Positions 7,993 to 18,144 of a stretch of 64,000 bases of DNA are shown here, one piece after another. The notes below the pieces were generated by a model, which was given only the letters and a program-made list of their open reading frames with translations, searched no databases and was not told the DNA's origin. Origin of the DNA: a virus. Taxonomy: Duplodnaviria > Caudoviricetes. The position numbers and the translations under genes are program-made. The number at the start of each line of letters is the position of its first letter. The first letter of the stretch is position 1. The stretch lies in the IMG/VR virus record IMGVR_UViG_3300020202_000003, positions 265 through 64,264 of that record; one strand, given 5' to 3'.

Positions 7993-9890
7993 AGGCCTCC
8001 TGCTTGGGGCTGGCTCGGGGCCGCGCCCGGTTGTGGTGCTGGCTTCTGAGCCGGTGCGGCCGTCGGCTGCCCGGTCGGGGTTGCGGTGCCCGGATTGTTC
8101 TGTCCGCCCAGCAACAGACTATTGAGCAGCATTTCCTGCTGTTGCTGTTGCTGCATGAGCTGCATTTCGTCTTCGCTCCGGATCGTTTCACTGGCGTCCA
8201 GCGCGTCCGCCATCTTCCGGATCAACACGTCGTCCTTCGAATACGGCGCGAAGCGTGGGCTCTCGGTGAGCTTCACCATGTTGATCAGGCGATCGATCAG
8301 CTCGGACTTCTGGAACATGATCGACACGCCGCGGATTTCGATATCGGTCTCCTGTTTCAACGCTTCGATGCGATCTTCCGGAGACATCATCGCGATGAAG
8401 CCCAACAGCCGTTCGTGCTTGCGCCCCAAGACTTGGATGTAGCTGGGGGAATCCCACGGGTCCCAGTACGTCGTCAGAATGTCCTGAAACATTTCGATGC
8501 ACTGCTCGCCGCCGTACTCCACGTCCCGGCCAATGCCTTCGAACACGCCCATGGCTTGCTGCGTTTTGATCTGCACTTCGCCTTTGGTGATGTCCTTCCG
8601 CTCGCCGGTTTCGCCCTTGAGCAGTTCGGTGACGAAGACCCCGTTTTGGTACAGGTTCCCGGTCAAGGCCATGAGCTGTTCGACGATCGGGAGAAAGTCC
8701 TTGTCGGTGGGAATCAGCCGGTAGGCGTCCCGCATGCCGAACTTCATGGGCTTGGTGCAGCCGGGAAAGAGTTCCTTGTCGGCAGGATTCAGGAGCTTCC
8801 CTTCATCGACTTCGTAGGCACCGTTCAGCACGAACGACAGCTTGTCCGCCGTCATCGAGAGCAGGTTGCAGCGGAATTTCCACATCTTGAGCATGCCCTC
8901 GTTGAGCGAGTAGCCGTGGAAGTTCCGCAGGTGTGGGATCGCGGCGAATTGGTGGATCGGCCATTTGATCCGTGGAAACTTGACGGGCTTCGGCTTGGCA
9001 ATGACGGTGCGGTTGGCCACGGTGAAGCGGCACTTCGGAAAGCGCATCTCGCCGTTGTGATCGAGCACCCCGCCCCAAAACTCTCGGACGAAGACTTGCG
9101 GCCGGAACCGGTTGGAGTAATCGACCAAGCCCCGCTGCCGGCGTTCTTTCTGCCGGGTCCATGTGCCTTCATCGCCCTTGTCGCGGAGACAATTCCTGAC
9201 GTTCTGGTAGTAGCCCTTCTCTTCGCCATCGAGCAGGGTGTAGTAATCCACCCAATCTTGATGCACCAAAAAGAGGCCGGATTGCGGCTCTCGGGACATG
9301 GCGTCGACGTCGCGGCGAATCTTCCAGGGTTCGATTTTGATGGTTTTCAGACCCTCGATCCCGTTCTCGTCGACGCTCCATATCCCTTTGAGCGCCATAC
9401 TCGTGCCGACCGAAAAGGCCATTTCGGTCAGGTCCGGAAAGGTGTGCGTGAGCTTGACGCGCTTGGCCCACCAGCGGAGCGCGTCCTGCCAGAAGTCAAC
9501 CTTCGCCATCACCATCGGGTCCTCTTCGAGTTCCGTGGTGACGTTGATCCAGTCGGGCCGATCGACGATCGCCTTGCGGACGAGCATCTTGGCTTGAATG
9601 GCGGTCTGGAAGGGTTCGTTCGTGGTGATCTTGGCTTGCCAGTCTTCCTTGAGTTGCAGCTCGCGCATCTTGCCTTCGTGCGCGTCCCACAGTTGTTCCT
9701 CAAGCTTGATGCGATCTTTGTAGACGGATTCGGTGTGGCGGACGCACTCCTCGACATATTCGACGAGGTGGCCATCGGGGATGTCGTCGGTCTGGTCCGC
9801 AAAGAGTTCTTCCAACTCTTCGTCGGGGAGATCCTGCAGCTCTTCGATGGCAGCGGCGAGCGCGGCGTCGGTTTGTCCAAACGCAGCCAT
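7989..9890 (-). CDS. Portal protein
   Basis: 633 aa; position before scaffold/capsid; 'TKGEVQIKTQQA' motif; Q/P-rich C-terminal tail typical of podovirus portals. Confidence 0.85.
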   Translation of the reverse strand: MAAFGQTDAALAAAIEELQDLPDEELEELFADQTDDIPDGHLVEYVEECVRHTESVYKDRIKLEEQLWDAHEGKMRELQLKEDWQAKITTNEPFQTAIQAKMLVRKAIVDRPDWINVTTELEEDPMVMAKVDFWQDALRWWAKRVKLTHTFPDLTEMAFSVGTSMALKGIWSVDENGIEGLKTIKIEPWKIRRDVDAMSREPQSGLFLVHQDWVDYYTLLDGEEKGYYQNVRNCLRDKGDEGTWTRQKERRQRGLVDYSNRFRPQVFVREFWGGVLDHNGEMRFPKCRFTVANRTVIAKPKPVKFPRIKWPIHQFAAIPHLRNFHGYSLNEGMLKMWKFRCNLLSMTADKLSFVLNGAYEVDEGKLLNPADKELFPGCTKPMKFGMRDAYRLIPTDKDFLPIVEQLMALTGNLYQNGVFVTELLKGETGERKDITKGEVQIKTQQAMGVFEGIGRDVEYGGEQCIEMFQDILTTYWDPWDSPSYIQVLGRKHERLLGFIAMMSPEDRIEALKQETDIEIRGVSIMFQKSELIDRLINMVKLTESPRFAPYSKDDVLIRKMADALDASETIRSEDEMQLMQQQQQQEMLLNSLLLGGQNNPGTATPTGQPTAAPAQKPAPQPGAAPSQPQAGGL

Positions 9891-9899
9891 TAGTGCTCC

Positions 9900-10148
9900 C
9901 TACCCACGGTGATAGAGTCCTCCGCGTAAATCCCGCTCCAGCTGATCCGCTTGCATGGCATGCCCCAGGTTGCGGAGCTTGATGTCACTGATACAGCCAG
10001 TCACGGGAGGATCGCCTTGGGCCGCGTACCAGACCTTCGTGCAGTTCCCGCACTTCAGGACTTCCTTCTTGCCGTCCTTGATCGCCCGAATTTCCTGATA
10101 GCCTTGAACCCAATCGTGCCGGCCGAGTTCGCGTCTGATATTCGCCAC
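9900..10148 (-). CDS. Small CxxC protein ending DLRGG-LYHRG
   Basis: GTG start, GAGG RBS, CGNC. Confidence 0.65.
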   Translation of the reverse strand: MANIRRELGRHDWVQGYQEIRAIKDGKKEVLKCGNCTKVWYAAQGDPPVTGCISDIKLRNLGHAMQADQLERDLRGGLYHRG

Positions 10149-10178
10149 TGGGATTTCCTCTAGAGGCTCGTTTTGGGC

Positions 10179-10232
10179 AAAAAAAAGGAACGGCCCGCCA
10201 GATCCCCCGAAGAGGACCCAACGAGCCGTTCC
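10179..10232 (-). terminator. Rho-independent terminator upstream of portal operon
   Basis: 21-bp stem (6 G-U), C(UUCG)G loop, followed by U8 on the - strand. Confidence 0.85.
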
Positions 10233-10292
10233 TAGAACAATACGTCTGGATTAGGCTAAACTAGTATTTTTTCTTACCGCTCTTTTTTGTCT

Positions 10293-10454
10293 TCATCGCT
10301 CCTCATCTTCGCTAAACTTCTTCACACGAAATTTATTGATACTTCCTCCAGTACCACAGTCCATTTCAAACGTCAAGAACATCTTGCCTTGAATCATTGG
10401 CAGATTCGAAAACTCATGAATCACCCGCTTCATGAACTTCTCAGGCAGTTTCAT
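10293..10454 (-). CDS. Small hypothetical protein
   Basis: MKLPEKFMKR..., 53 aa, precedes an AT-rich intergenic region. Confidence 0.55.
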   Translation of the reverse strand: MKLPEKFMKRVIHEFSNLPMIQGKMFLTFEMDCGTGGSINKFRVKKFSEDEER

Positions 10455-10456
10455 GG

Positions 10457-10744
10457 TTATAGTTTGAGATCGCTCTTCCAGTGACCACAGTTCGGACAGT
10501 AGGCCCCGTCCGCATGGATGTGAAACAAATCGTTCCCGCACGAGCAGGTGAAATGCGGCCCAGGGATTTCCAAGCGATAGGAATACGTACCCATCATGCT
10601 CTGGCAGTTCGGACACTCCAGCCAGGTGGTACCGACCGGCGCCACTGCGACCCACTTATGCTGACACCGCACGCAATGCGCCTTCCCGCTGACATGCGGT
10701 GTCCGGTTCTCGCGTTCGGCTTGGAGGTCAATCACGTCGCCCAT
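10457..10744 (-). CDS. Multi-CxxC zinc-ribbon protein
   Basis: CVRC, CPNC, CSCG, CPNC. Confidence 0.7.
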   Translation of the reverse strand: MGDVIDLQAERENRTPHVSGKAHCVRCQHKWVAVAPVGTTWLECPNCQSMMGTYSYRLEIPGPHFTCSCGNDLFHIHADGAYCPNCGHWKSDLKL

Positions 10745-12741
10745 TATCGAAAGTCCACCTTGCTCGCATCTTCAGCCTCTACTGCCACCATGAACTTATG
10801 AATCTGTATCTGCGTGTCGATCGGCACCTTGGCGTGCATCATGGCATCAGAGAACACACCGAGCGCATAGTATCGCCCACGAAGGAAGCCCTCTCGGTAC
10901 CGATCCGTGATGCCAAACAGCCGCATGAGCAAGCGTTTCATCATCGACCCTTGATCTCGACAGTGATAGACCGACCGTAATCCTTCACGGTCAGATTTTC
11001 GGGCAGGCTCTTATCGACCTTCTTTCGGTCGGGCGCATCGCCAAACCAAAACTCGGTCGCCTGCCCCTTGTGATGCACCGCAATGGTGACCGTGGCTTTC
11101 CAATCATCGAGGTTCCGCCCTTGCATCTTTAATTGCCGACGGGCTTCCTTCACGATCCGATTGACCATCGCTGTCACTTCGTCCCGTAACTCGGCGTCCA
11201 TTTGGTCCTGGCTTATGCAGACATTCTTGAGATTCCCGCCCGGCGTGAGATCGCGTTGCACACCATCCGTGATAATGGGATAGCGGCCAGGCAGATGCAC
11301 CTGTCCGCCAATCACTTCACGGCGATCTTCTGACGGCAGACCGCCGACCGTGAGGGCTTGCTCTGGGCTGGGGAGTTCTTTCATCGCGTCTTCGCCGTGT
11401 GTCGATTGAAAAAGTCCCACAGCGGTTTATTGTCCTCGGTCCACGTGAGCGAGACTAAGCGGGCCAGCCATTTGCGCCACCCGCTGTTGGCTGACACCAC
11501 ATAGATCTCAATCGGTTCGTCTTTATGAAAGACATATGTGGTGGAGAGCACGCGATAGTCCTCAATGGCATGCTTGGATTCTTGAATCGATGTCCGCACA
11601 GAATCATAGAGAAACGGACTGACCCGTATCCTTCTGAACGTCTCCTTGTCGTCTGGAAACACCCCTGCTGTCGCTCGACCATAGAGTTTCATAGATCCCC
11701 CACCCTCGGCGTCGGTTGCCGGTTATCCGCGACCCAGACTAATTTTCCTTTGTGCATAATCGTCATGACTGTTCGCCTGTTCGTCGGCACGCCATTCTCG
11801 AATTCTTCCAGATAAAATGTGCCATCGTTGTTGAGGCCATAGGCGTAGACCGTCCCGTTCGGCGCGGTCATCATGACGTACTCGACGGTGCCATACGCCA
11901 CATTCATCGTCCTGGCAAACAGGCCAAAAGCCGGGCTGAAAAACTCCCACCGCTTGGCTACAGATCGGTTCGGCGATACGAAGACCGGCTCTTGAATGAT
12001 TCCGTTTTTGTCCACATGAGACGGCAAGGCATTGAGGTCGTGATGCGAACTCAGCGTTGGTACATTGTTCGCGATGTAGAGGTAGTAATAATCGAATGGC
12101 ACACTTAATGAGGAGGTCCGGTATGCCCGCATGCGAAACGCCATGGCTTACCTCTTCTGTTTGACCGGCTTCACTTCACCGCAATACTTGCACTGGATCG
12201 ACACTTCCTTCCCGTCAAAACTTCTCCATCGTCCATGGACCTGTTTCCAGCATGCGAGCCGTCGCCCCCGACCTTTCTGCTTCCACTTGCCATGGAGTGG
12301 CTCTTCCACGAATCGTATGTTCTTAATGATGCCGATTTCTCTAACCACCTGCATCGCCATTGGCTCACCTCATGTCGTCAATGAATCGAACCCGCTCAAT
12401 GACTCCAATTTCTACCCCAGGTCGTCCGTCCGGTGTCGTCCATCGAAACCCACAGATCCGGCATTGCTTGAAATAGCCATGATACGCTTTGAAGAACGGC
12501 CGGCCCCGATGACAGAGCAGCGTGCCGCCGCGCCCCTTCAACCGCCATTTGCCGTGGCCTGGAGCAGCGTTCATGCAAGCACCAGCTGATGAAAGGCCTC
12601 GCGGAACCGGCTTATCGGAATCTGCGGGTTGGCGAAGGCAATGCGATCGGCCAGTCTGATATCCCCACATCGCATCGCCCGCTCGAACTCCCACAGGATC
12701 ATGCGATTGTTCAGCTCCGTCAGGTTCGGGCCGGTGCGCAT
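10744..12741 (-). CDS. Cluster of about seven small hypothetical genes (10744-10944, 10941-11384, 11381-11692, 11689-12144, 12148-12360, 12365-12574, 12571-12741)
   Basis: Tightly packed, mostly ATGA stop/start overlaps. Confidence 0.6.
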
Positions 12742-13130
12742 AGCGTCTCCGCTCCCTGGAAATAGATCATCTGGTAGATCCGGTCGTGCTTCTCGTAAAT
12801 CCGGATCTCTTTCGGGTTCAGCCCGACAATGACCATGAGCAACGGCACGCGCGCGATCGACAGGGCGTCCATGAGCCGGTAATCCTTCACCGAGCCGTGC
12901 GCCCCCTTCGTCGGATGGGAATGGACAATGGCCCATGGATCCTCCCCGCACTGCTTCAGCGCCGACAGGAATTCTGCATGGGTCATTTCAAAGTCGTGCT
13001 CCGGGTTCGCCGCCACGTTCGTCGCGCGATAGAACCCCTTCCCACGAAACAGCAGCCCGCACATTTCATGCGGAACGGCGTCCGTCGCGGCCTGCAGCAT
13101 GTCGGCGATGTCGGTGTCGGTCAGCATCAT
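12720..13130 (-). CDS. JAB/MPN (Mov34-type) metalloprotease
   Basis: PHEMCGLL ... IVHSHP-x7-S-x2-D-type JAMM motif (HSHPTKGAHGSVKD). Confidence 0.88.
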   Translation of the reverse strand: MMLTDTDIADMLQAATDAVPHEMCGLLFRGKGFYRATNVAANPEHDFEMTHAEFLSALKQCGEDPWAIVHSHPTKGAHGSVKDYRLMDALSIARVPLLMVIVGLNPKEIRIYEKHDRIYQMIYFQGAETLCAPART

Positions 13131-13312
13131 TTCTTGGGATCGAATGGAACGCAATCGTAGATGCGCTTCTGGCCCTCTTGCACGGCACCTTGCGCCAAGC
13201 TCTGCGCGGCTTGATTGCACGCCGTCTGCGTGGAGAACCGTTGTGGAATGCTCGATTGCACCGTGTTCGGACTGGTCGCAAATAACGTGATCAAAATCCA
13301 GATTGTCTCCAT
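13127..13312 (-). CDS. Small exported protein with a Cys pair
   Basis: Hydrophobic N-terminus, F-S-x3-AC ... CVP; GGAGG RBS. Confidence 0.65.
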   Translation of the reverse strand: METIWILITLFATSPNTVQSSIPQRFSTQTACNQAAQSLAQGAVQEGQKRIYDCVPFDPKK

Positions 13313-13380
13313 GAAGCCTCCGTGTTGTGAAGGCATTGCCGCCTTCTACTAAAATGTACTAATTCTGCCGAAACTAGTAG

Positions 13381-14232
13381 TTACCGTCTCCCCTTCACAT
13401 TGACGGCCTGATTCGCAATGTTGACCGCTGTGGCTGATCCGGTCGCCGTCGCCTTGGCACCTCCACTGGCGGCCACACCCGCGCCAATCGAGCCCCCGAC
13501 AATCGCTGCGCCGACAATCTCCGGTCCGGCCCCGCGGGACTGATCGCCTTCCCACTCGGCTTGTTCTGCCGCCGTCAGCAACCGGCAGTTCTTGAAGTCC
13601 CTCTCGAACCAGAAGAACCACGGCTCCTTCTCCACGTCGCACCGCTCAAGGCGCGCAAACCCGTGATTGGTCCCGAACACGGACCGCTCCTCCGTCTTGG
13701 CCGGCTTGGTGTATTGGCCGTTCACTTCCTTGTGAGGGGTGATGCAGCCGGATAAGAGAACGGTAATCGCAGCGATTGACGCGGTTTGCGCTACGACTTG
13801 AGCGGTCAGCGATGTCCTTGCTTTTGTCACAGCCCATCCGAGTATGGCTAAGGCAATTCCTCCAAAGATAAAGCCATCACCGATACTTAATCCCCAGTAT
13901 TGAACATGATCAGCAAGTGCGAGAAAGACGTGCGCTTCCGTAGCGGGTACCCATATGCTGTGAGCGTCGTCCGTCATCCCCACGACCGGCATAAGCCCGC
14001 CGTTCGCAATCGTCACGGTAGCATTGAGCGGAAGCCCTATAGCCACGGTCCATCGAGACAGCAAGCTCCACGGTGACGATGCGGATGCTATAAACGCATA
14101 GAGCCAGAGTGCAGATAACGCCCAGACGATGACACATGGAAGGAGACCAGGCATTGTCTCCCACCATGCAAACCTAACAAGTATCGCGAACCAGGCACTC
14201 AGTCCACCAATGACAATCATTGTCTGTTTCAT
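13381..14232 (-). CDS. DUF5317-like membrane domain fused to a lipoprotein-like domain
   Basis: LNATVTIANGGLMPV...LAD...SIGD membrane motif; internal LLSG|C lipobox; glycine-zipper C-terminus. Confidence 0.6.
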   Translation of the reverse strand: MKQTMIVIGGLSAWFAILVRFAWWETMPGLLPCVIVWALSALWLYAFIASASSPWSLLSRWTVAIGLPLNATVTIANGGLMPVVGMTDDAHSIWVPATEAHVFLALADHVQYWGLSIGDGFIFGGIALAILGWAVTKARTSLTAQVVAQTASIAAITVLLSGCITPHKEVNGQYTKPAKTEERSVFGTNHGFARLERCDVEKEPWFFWFERDFKNCRLLTAAEQAEWEGDQSRGAGPEIVGAAIVGGSIGAGVAASGGAKATATGSATAVNIANQAVNVKGRR

Positions 14233-14270
14233 CTTCTTTCCTTCTCCTTGGTTAAAGGGTCACTGCACTC

Positions 14271-14528
14271 TCACACTCCCTCGTCATACGTCTCCATCCC
14301 TGCCTGCTCGATCTTCACGCGATACCGGCTGTGGCCACAGAGCGGCTTCGTGATGTCGATCTCGATCCCCTGCGCTCGGTTGAAGTAGATCTCCCGGTTG
14401 CAGTCACACGAATAGTTGCCTTCTTCCCAGATAAATGGGGGCCATCCGTTGTCTTCGTCAATCTTTTCGTCCGGTTCCGTGAGCTGGACGGTCTGCCCGG
14501 TCCTCATGTCTTTGATCGTGATGATCAT
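14271..14528 (-). CDS. Hypothetical protein (WEEGNYSCDCNR motif)
   Basis: 85 aa, GGAG RBS. Confidence 0.65.
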   Translation of the reverse strand: MIITIKDMRTGQTVQLTEPDEKIDEDNGWPPFIWEEGNYSCDCNREIYFNRAQGIEIDITKPLCGHSRYRVKIEQAGMETYDEGV

Positions 14529-14529
14529 G

Positions 14530-14826
14530 TCACTTCACTCCTACGATACCCTGATTAAACCATCGCGCCACCGTCTTGAGATACGCCCAGGTCCACAGCT
14601 CAAAGGCATCTCGGTACGGCAGTTCGACTTTCCGCCGACCGTCAATCATGTCGTGATGGATCTGACAGACATGGACGGTGTAATAATCCGGCGCTTTGAT
14701 CCCGGTTCCTTTGCCGAGCGCGACACTGTTCGCATGCGCGGCCACGGTCGTCCCAATCGACTCACAAATCACGCAGGCCTGGCCTTCAGCGGACGCGAGC
14801 AGCTTCTTGTTGCGGTAGTGGCTCAT
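14530..14826 (-). CDS. DUF1364/DUF968-like HNH-type small nuclease
   Basis: C-x2-C...AAH...GKGTGIKAPD...C-x2-HH..ID. Confidence 0.7.
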   Translation of the reverse strand: MSHYRNKKLLASAEGQACVICESIGTTVAAHANSVALGKGTGIKAPDYYTVHVCQIHHDMIDGRRKVELPYRDAFELWTWAYLKTVARWFNQGIVGVK

Positions 14827-15281
14827 TACGCCAACGCCTTCACGGCCCGAATCGCCGCCTCGATCTCGGCCAATTGCTGGTTCAGCCAGTCGCGCCGATC
14901 GCTCAGTTTGAGGATCGTTTTGACCCGCCAGCTTGGCCCGTCCTCTTCCTTAGGTGCCGGCAAGATTGTGATTCCTCCTGGCGTCGGAGGCTTCGCATCT
15001 TTCAGCGCCTCAATGCCATCATCCATGGTAACAACCGGCTCATTCTCCTTCTTCCGCTTCGCTGCCCGTGCGGCCTTTTGTGACGCGATCCACTTCGCCC
15101 GATGCTCTTCACTCTGAAACTTCGGCATGTCCACCCCCTTGGCTTTCGACGCTTGCCGGTTTTGATACGTTAACCAATCGAGCACGCACCCACATTGCAG
15201 ACAGCGATAGACGTTGCACGGGACAAAGAAATCATAGACCGTCTCGGCGACCATCAATCCGCTGCACTTCAGGCATACCAC
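14826..15281 (-). CDS. CxxC...CxxCG zinc protein with basic/coiled C-terminus
   Basis: MVCLKCSGLMV...YRCLQCGCVLD...NR. Confidence 0.7.
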   Translation of the reverse strand: MVCLKCSGLMVAETVYDFFVPCNVYRCLQCGCVLDWLTYQNRQASKAKGVDMPKFQSEEHRAKWIASQKAARAAKRKKENEPVVTMDDGIEALKDAKPPTPGGITILPAPKEEDGPSWRVKTILKLSDRRDWLNQQLAEIEAAIRAVKALA

Positions 15282-16398
15282 TCAGGGCTCCCTCTTCTTG
15301 ATCTCCCAGGTAATCGTAATGTCATAGTCTTCAATGAAGGCCAATTTCGATTCGTTCACCGCTTCAGGAATCCGGCGTTTCAGGTAGCCCAAGCCCACCT
15401 CGGGATTAGATAGAAACATGACAAGGCTTTCCTTCAGCCGACCTCGAAGGCGTTCCTCATTGGACGGCATAACTCTTCGCCCTCCGCTTCTCATCAATCT
15501 CAAACCCCGGAATATCCCCTTGCGGCGTCCCGCACACGTGCGTTTCGAGGTTGTGCTTGATTACCCCACAGTGCGGACAGAGCTCCATGCGGCCCTGTTG
15601 GGTCATCGGCTCCAAGGCGTAGGCAATGGCTTGTTCGAGATCGCCCATGGTTCACCACACCCCAAACTCTTCCCAGCGGTCATGGCATTCCAAGCTCAAC
15701 CGATGCACCTCCAAATGCTGCGTCACGTCGCTCGCTCCGTAGAGGATGGCCGGGATAAACCCGATGGCCTCGCCCAACTCCATCCGTTCAAAGAGTCGTT
15801 GCTCCTTGCTCATCACCGTTACCCTCTCCCCTCCGGCCCCTTCCACTCGGGAAGCGTGGTCCCTGGCGGGACCTGGACAATAGGCGACTTCTTCAGCAAC
15901 TCCTGTTGAATATGCAGCACCGCCCGATATGAGGCGAAGTCGAGCGCCAACGTGGCCAGTCGCAACGCCAGATGCGGCTGATTCGTCGGCGCGTTGGTGA
16001 AGTGTTGCCCCTCTTTGTTCATGGCCGTAATGATGAACGCGGCCGGGTCAAAGCTCGGTGGACACACGAAGGTGAGGGTGACTTGCTTGTAGGCTTGATC
16101 CACGGGAACTTCCGGTTGCCCGGCTTCATCGGTCTTGTTCATGGTCTCCTCCACGAGGCGTAAGTGTTGATGATAGGCTCTTGGTTTCTTGCGGATCTTA
16201 AACATGGGACGAATTCCTCACGGGTTCATTCCCTGCGCCAAAGACTTTCGATCGCAGGACGCACAGCACCCGTATCACTTCGTTATCGTCATAGGTGTTG
16301 CCGCCAAGACACTTCGATAGATCATGCTTGGCAATTTCTCGATCGAGCAGGGCCAGGATGATATCCTTGTCGCGGTGCGTGATGCCTTCGATGTTCAT
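15282..16398 (-). CDS. Cluster of about five small hypothetical genes
   Basis: ORFs 15282-15503, 15457-15648, 15652-15846, 15819-16205, 16198-16398; co-oriented and overlapping. Confidence 0.5.
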
Positions 16399-16735
16399 GG
16401 ACTCCTTTCTACGTCGTTAGGGAAGCCGCAGGCCGATGCATCGCGGCTTACCGCCACGGTCTGTTCCACCCAGAAGGCTGACCGTGAACTCTCCCTCACA
16501 AGGATCAACAAGACGCCAAGTCACCATCTCAACGCCTCTCCCCTCTCGGCTCTGGAAGAATTGGAGGGGGCCCCCACAGTTACCCGGTTAGGCGACATAG
16601 CCGACCATTGCTGGCTGTGGCTTACCCGTCCCTCATGCCTGGACGCCGGGGATTCCGATTGCTCGGAACGGACGGACTCGCTCATTTCAGGCCCCCCGGG
16701 CTTGCGCCCGCGCTCAGTAGTCATGGACTCCTTTC
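16395..16735. other. Hairpin-rich segment bounded by a 15-bp direct repeat
   Basis: TCATGGACTCCTTTC at 16395-16409 and 16721-16735; at least five stem-loops between them. Confidence 0.6.
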
Positions 16736-18144
16736 AAACCCGCGTTTCTGCCACTCGAAGTTGTAGAGTTTTTGCAACGTCTTCTGAAGCTTCAGCCCTT
16801 TTCGATAGCTCTCCTCGTCCTTCGTCCACTGGATGTATTCCAGAACATCACTCATCGACGCCGGCCGAAGACAGGGGTTCTGCATCACATCACCCTCCGC
16901 TTCCTCGCCGCCTCGGCCCGTCGCGCGTGCCGGTTCGGCACAGCCGTCTTCGGTTTCAGGTCCACCTCCGGCACATCGACCACCACGCCTTGTGTGGCAA
17001 AGGCGGCGATATATTGCTGCGCCTTATCCGGGACCCGCTGATACAACCGAGGATCGTCGACGTAAATCACTGTGCGCATAGGCTCACGTTCCCGATAGTT
17101 AGTGCTGAAACACCATGGCCAACAACAGATTGACGAACACCGCGAACATCATCCCAAAGACAAAAATCACGAACGGCGGCGGCTCCTCGATCGGCAAGCG
17201 AATCTCGTCTTCGCCGTCGTACTGCGCTTGGCCCATGACCCCGAGGCGATATTCCGCCTGCTCTTTGGTGTCGGCCTGAATCGGGATTTCGTGCCGTTCC
17301 CCATGCCAATGGTAGGAGAAGAGAAAGGTTTTCATGAGACACCTCCGCTGAAGAGGTTGAACGCCAGTCGGTCGGCAGTTCGTCTCCCAGCCTCCCGTCC
17401 AGCCTGCTTCGCAAACTCTCGCCGCAGATGCTCGCTGTAGCGATCGGTGTCATGGACCTTCCGTCCGCAGACTATACGTTTGACGCCCTGTTCATCGGGT
17501 ATCCATCGGCAAGACTGACAGTGATATTGCATGGCGTTTTTGAGGTTGTACGCTTCATACCCAATCTTCACGACTCCCATCGTGCGCCCTAGAATTTCTC
17601 CGTCATCGTCATGTACAAATCCACAAGATACGCCCGACAGATCCACTCGACGCGCGAGCACCTTGCGCGTCCCATCCTTCAACCGCACGACGCGCTTGGC
17701 GTAGACTGCTTTTGGTTCACGAGGTAGCAACGGCCTCCATCCAGGATATGCGTCGGGCTCCTCATCCGCCAACGGCCGATTGCCCCACTCCAGGAGGCGT
17801 TGACGCACACGCTGGATTGTGTCGATCGTGAGGGGAGGACCCGGCTCGAATGCACGGGATTGGGCTGGGACTTCGTTGATTCGACCATCAGAACCGACGA
17901 ACATCACACTCGTACCAACCGTGGCGACCTCGCCCGGCGCCGGAGGGCCGTAGACAAACGATAGGGTTCTTTGGCGAATCTCTTCATTGACCCGTTGAGC
18001 AACCCGCGCCATTTCTTGCCGTAACGCTTCGGTCATCGGCACCGGCTCACCGAACGCGCGAGAGAGTTGCGTGATGACCACACGGCTCGGCTCATTGCCG
18101 GCTGGATCGATACTCACCTGAGGGCGCTCCTCATCCCGCGACAT
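16721..18144 (-). CDS. Cluster of hypothetical genes (16721-16885, 16885-17079, 17099-17335 with C-terminal TM, 17332-18144)
   Basis: Overlapping stop/start codons. Confidence 0.55.
17083..17102. repeat. 20-bp palindromic motif, copy E
   Basis: CTCACGTTC-CC-GATAGTTAG between a stop and the next ATG. Confidence 0.75.

Noticed and set aside
8004-9893. 629-aa + strand ORF and similar long antisense ORFs (5418-6377, 18561-19871, 45940-47082, 51226-52479, 56295-57497, 58198-59514)
   Set aside because: Antisense shadows of GC-rich - strand genes; no RBS, motifs or protein-like composition
10948-10967. Additional copies of the 20-bp motif (also right-half matches near 3673 and 60252)
   Set aside because: Only one half-site matches, so not counted
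13345-13382. AAACTAGTA element shared with 10258-10266 as an RHH operator or late promoter
   Set aside because: Only two short matches and no clear -35/-10 spacing; insufficient support
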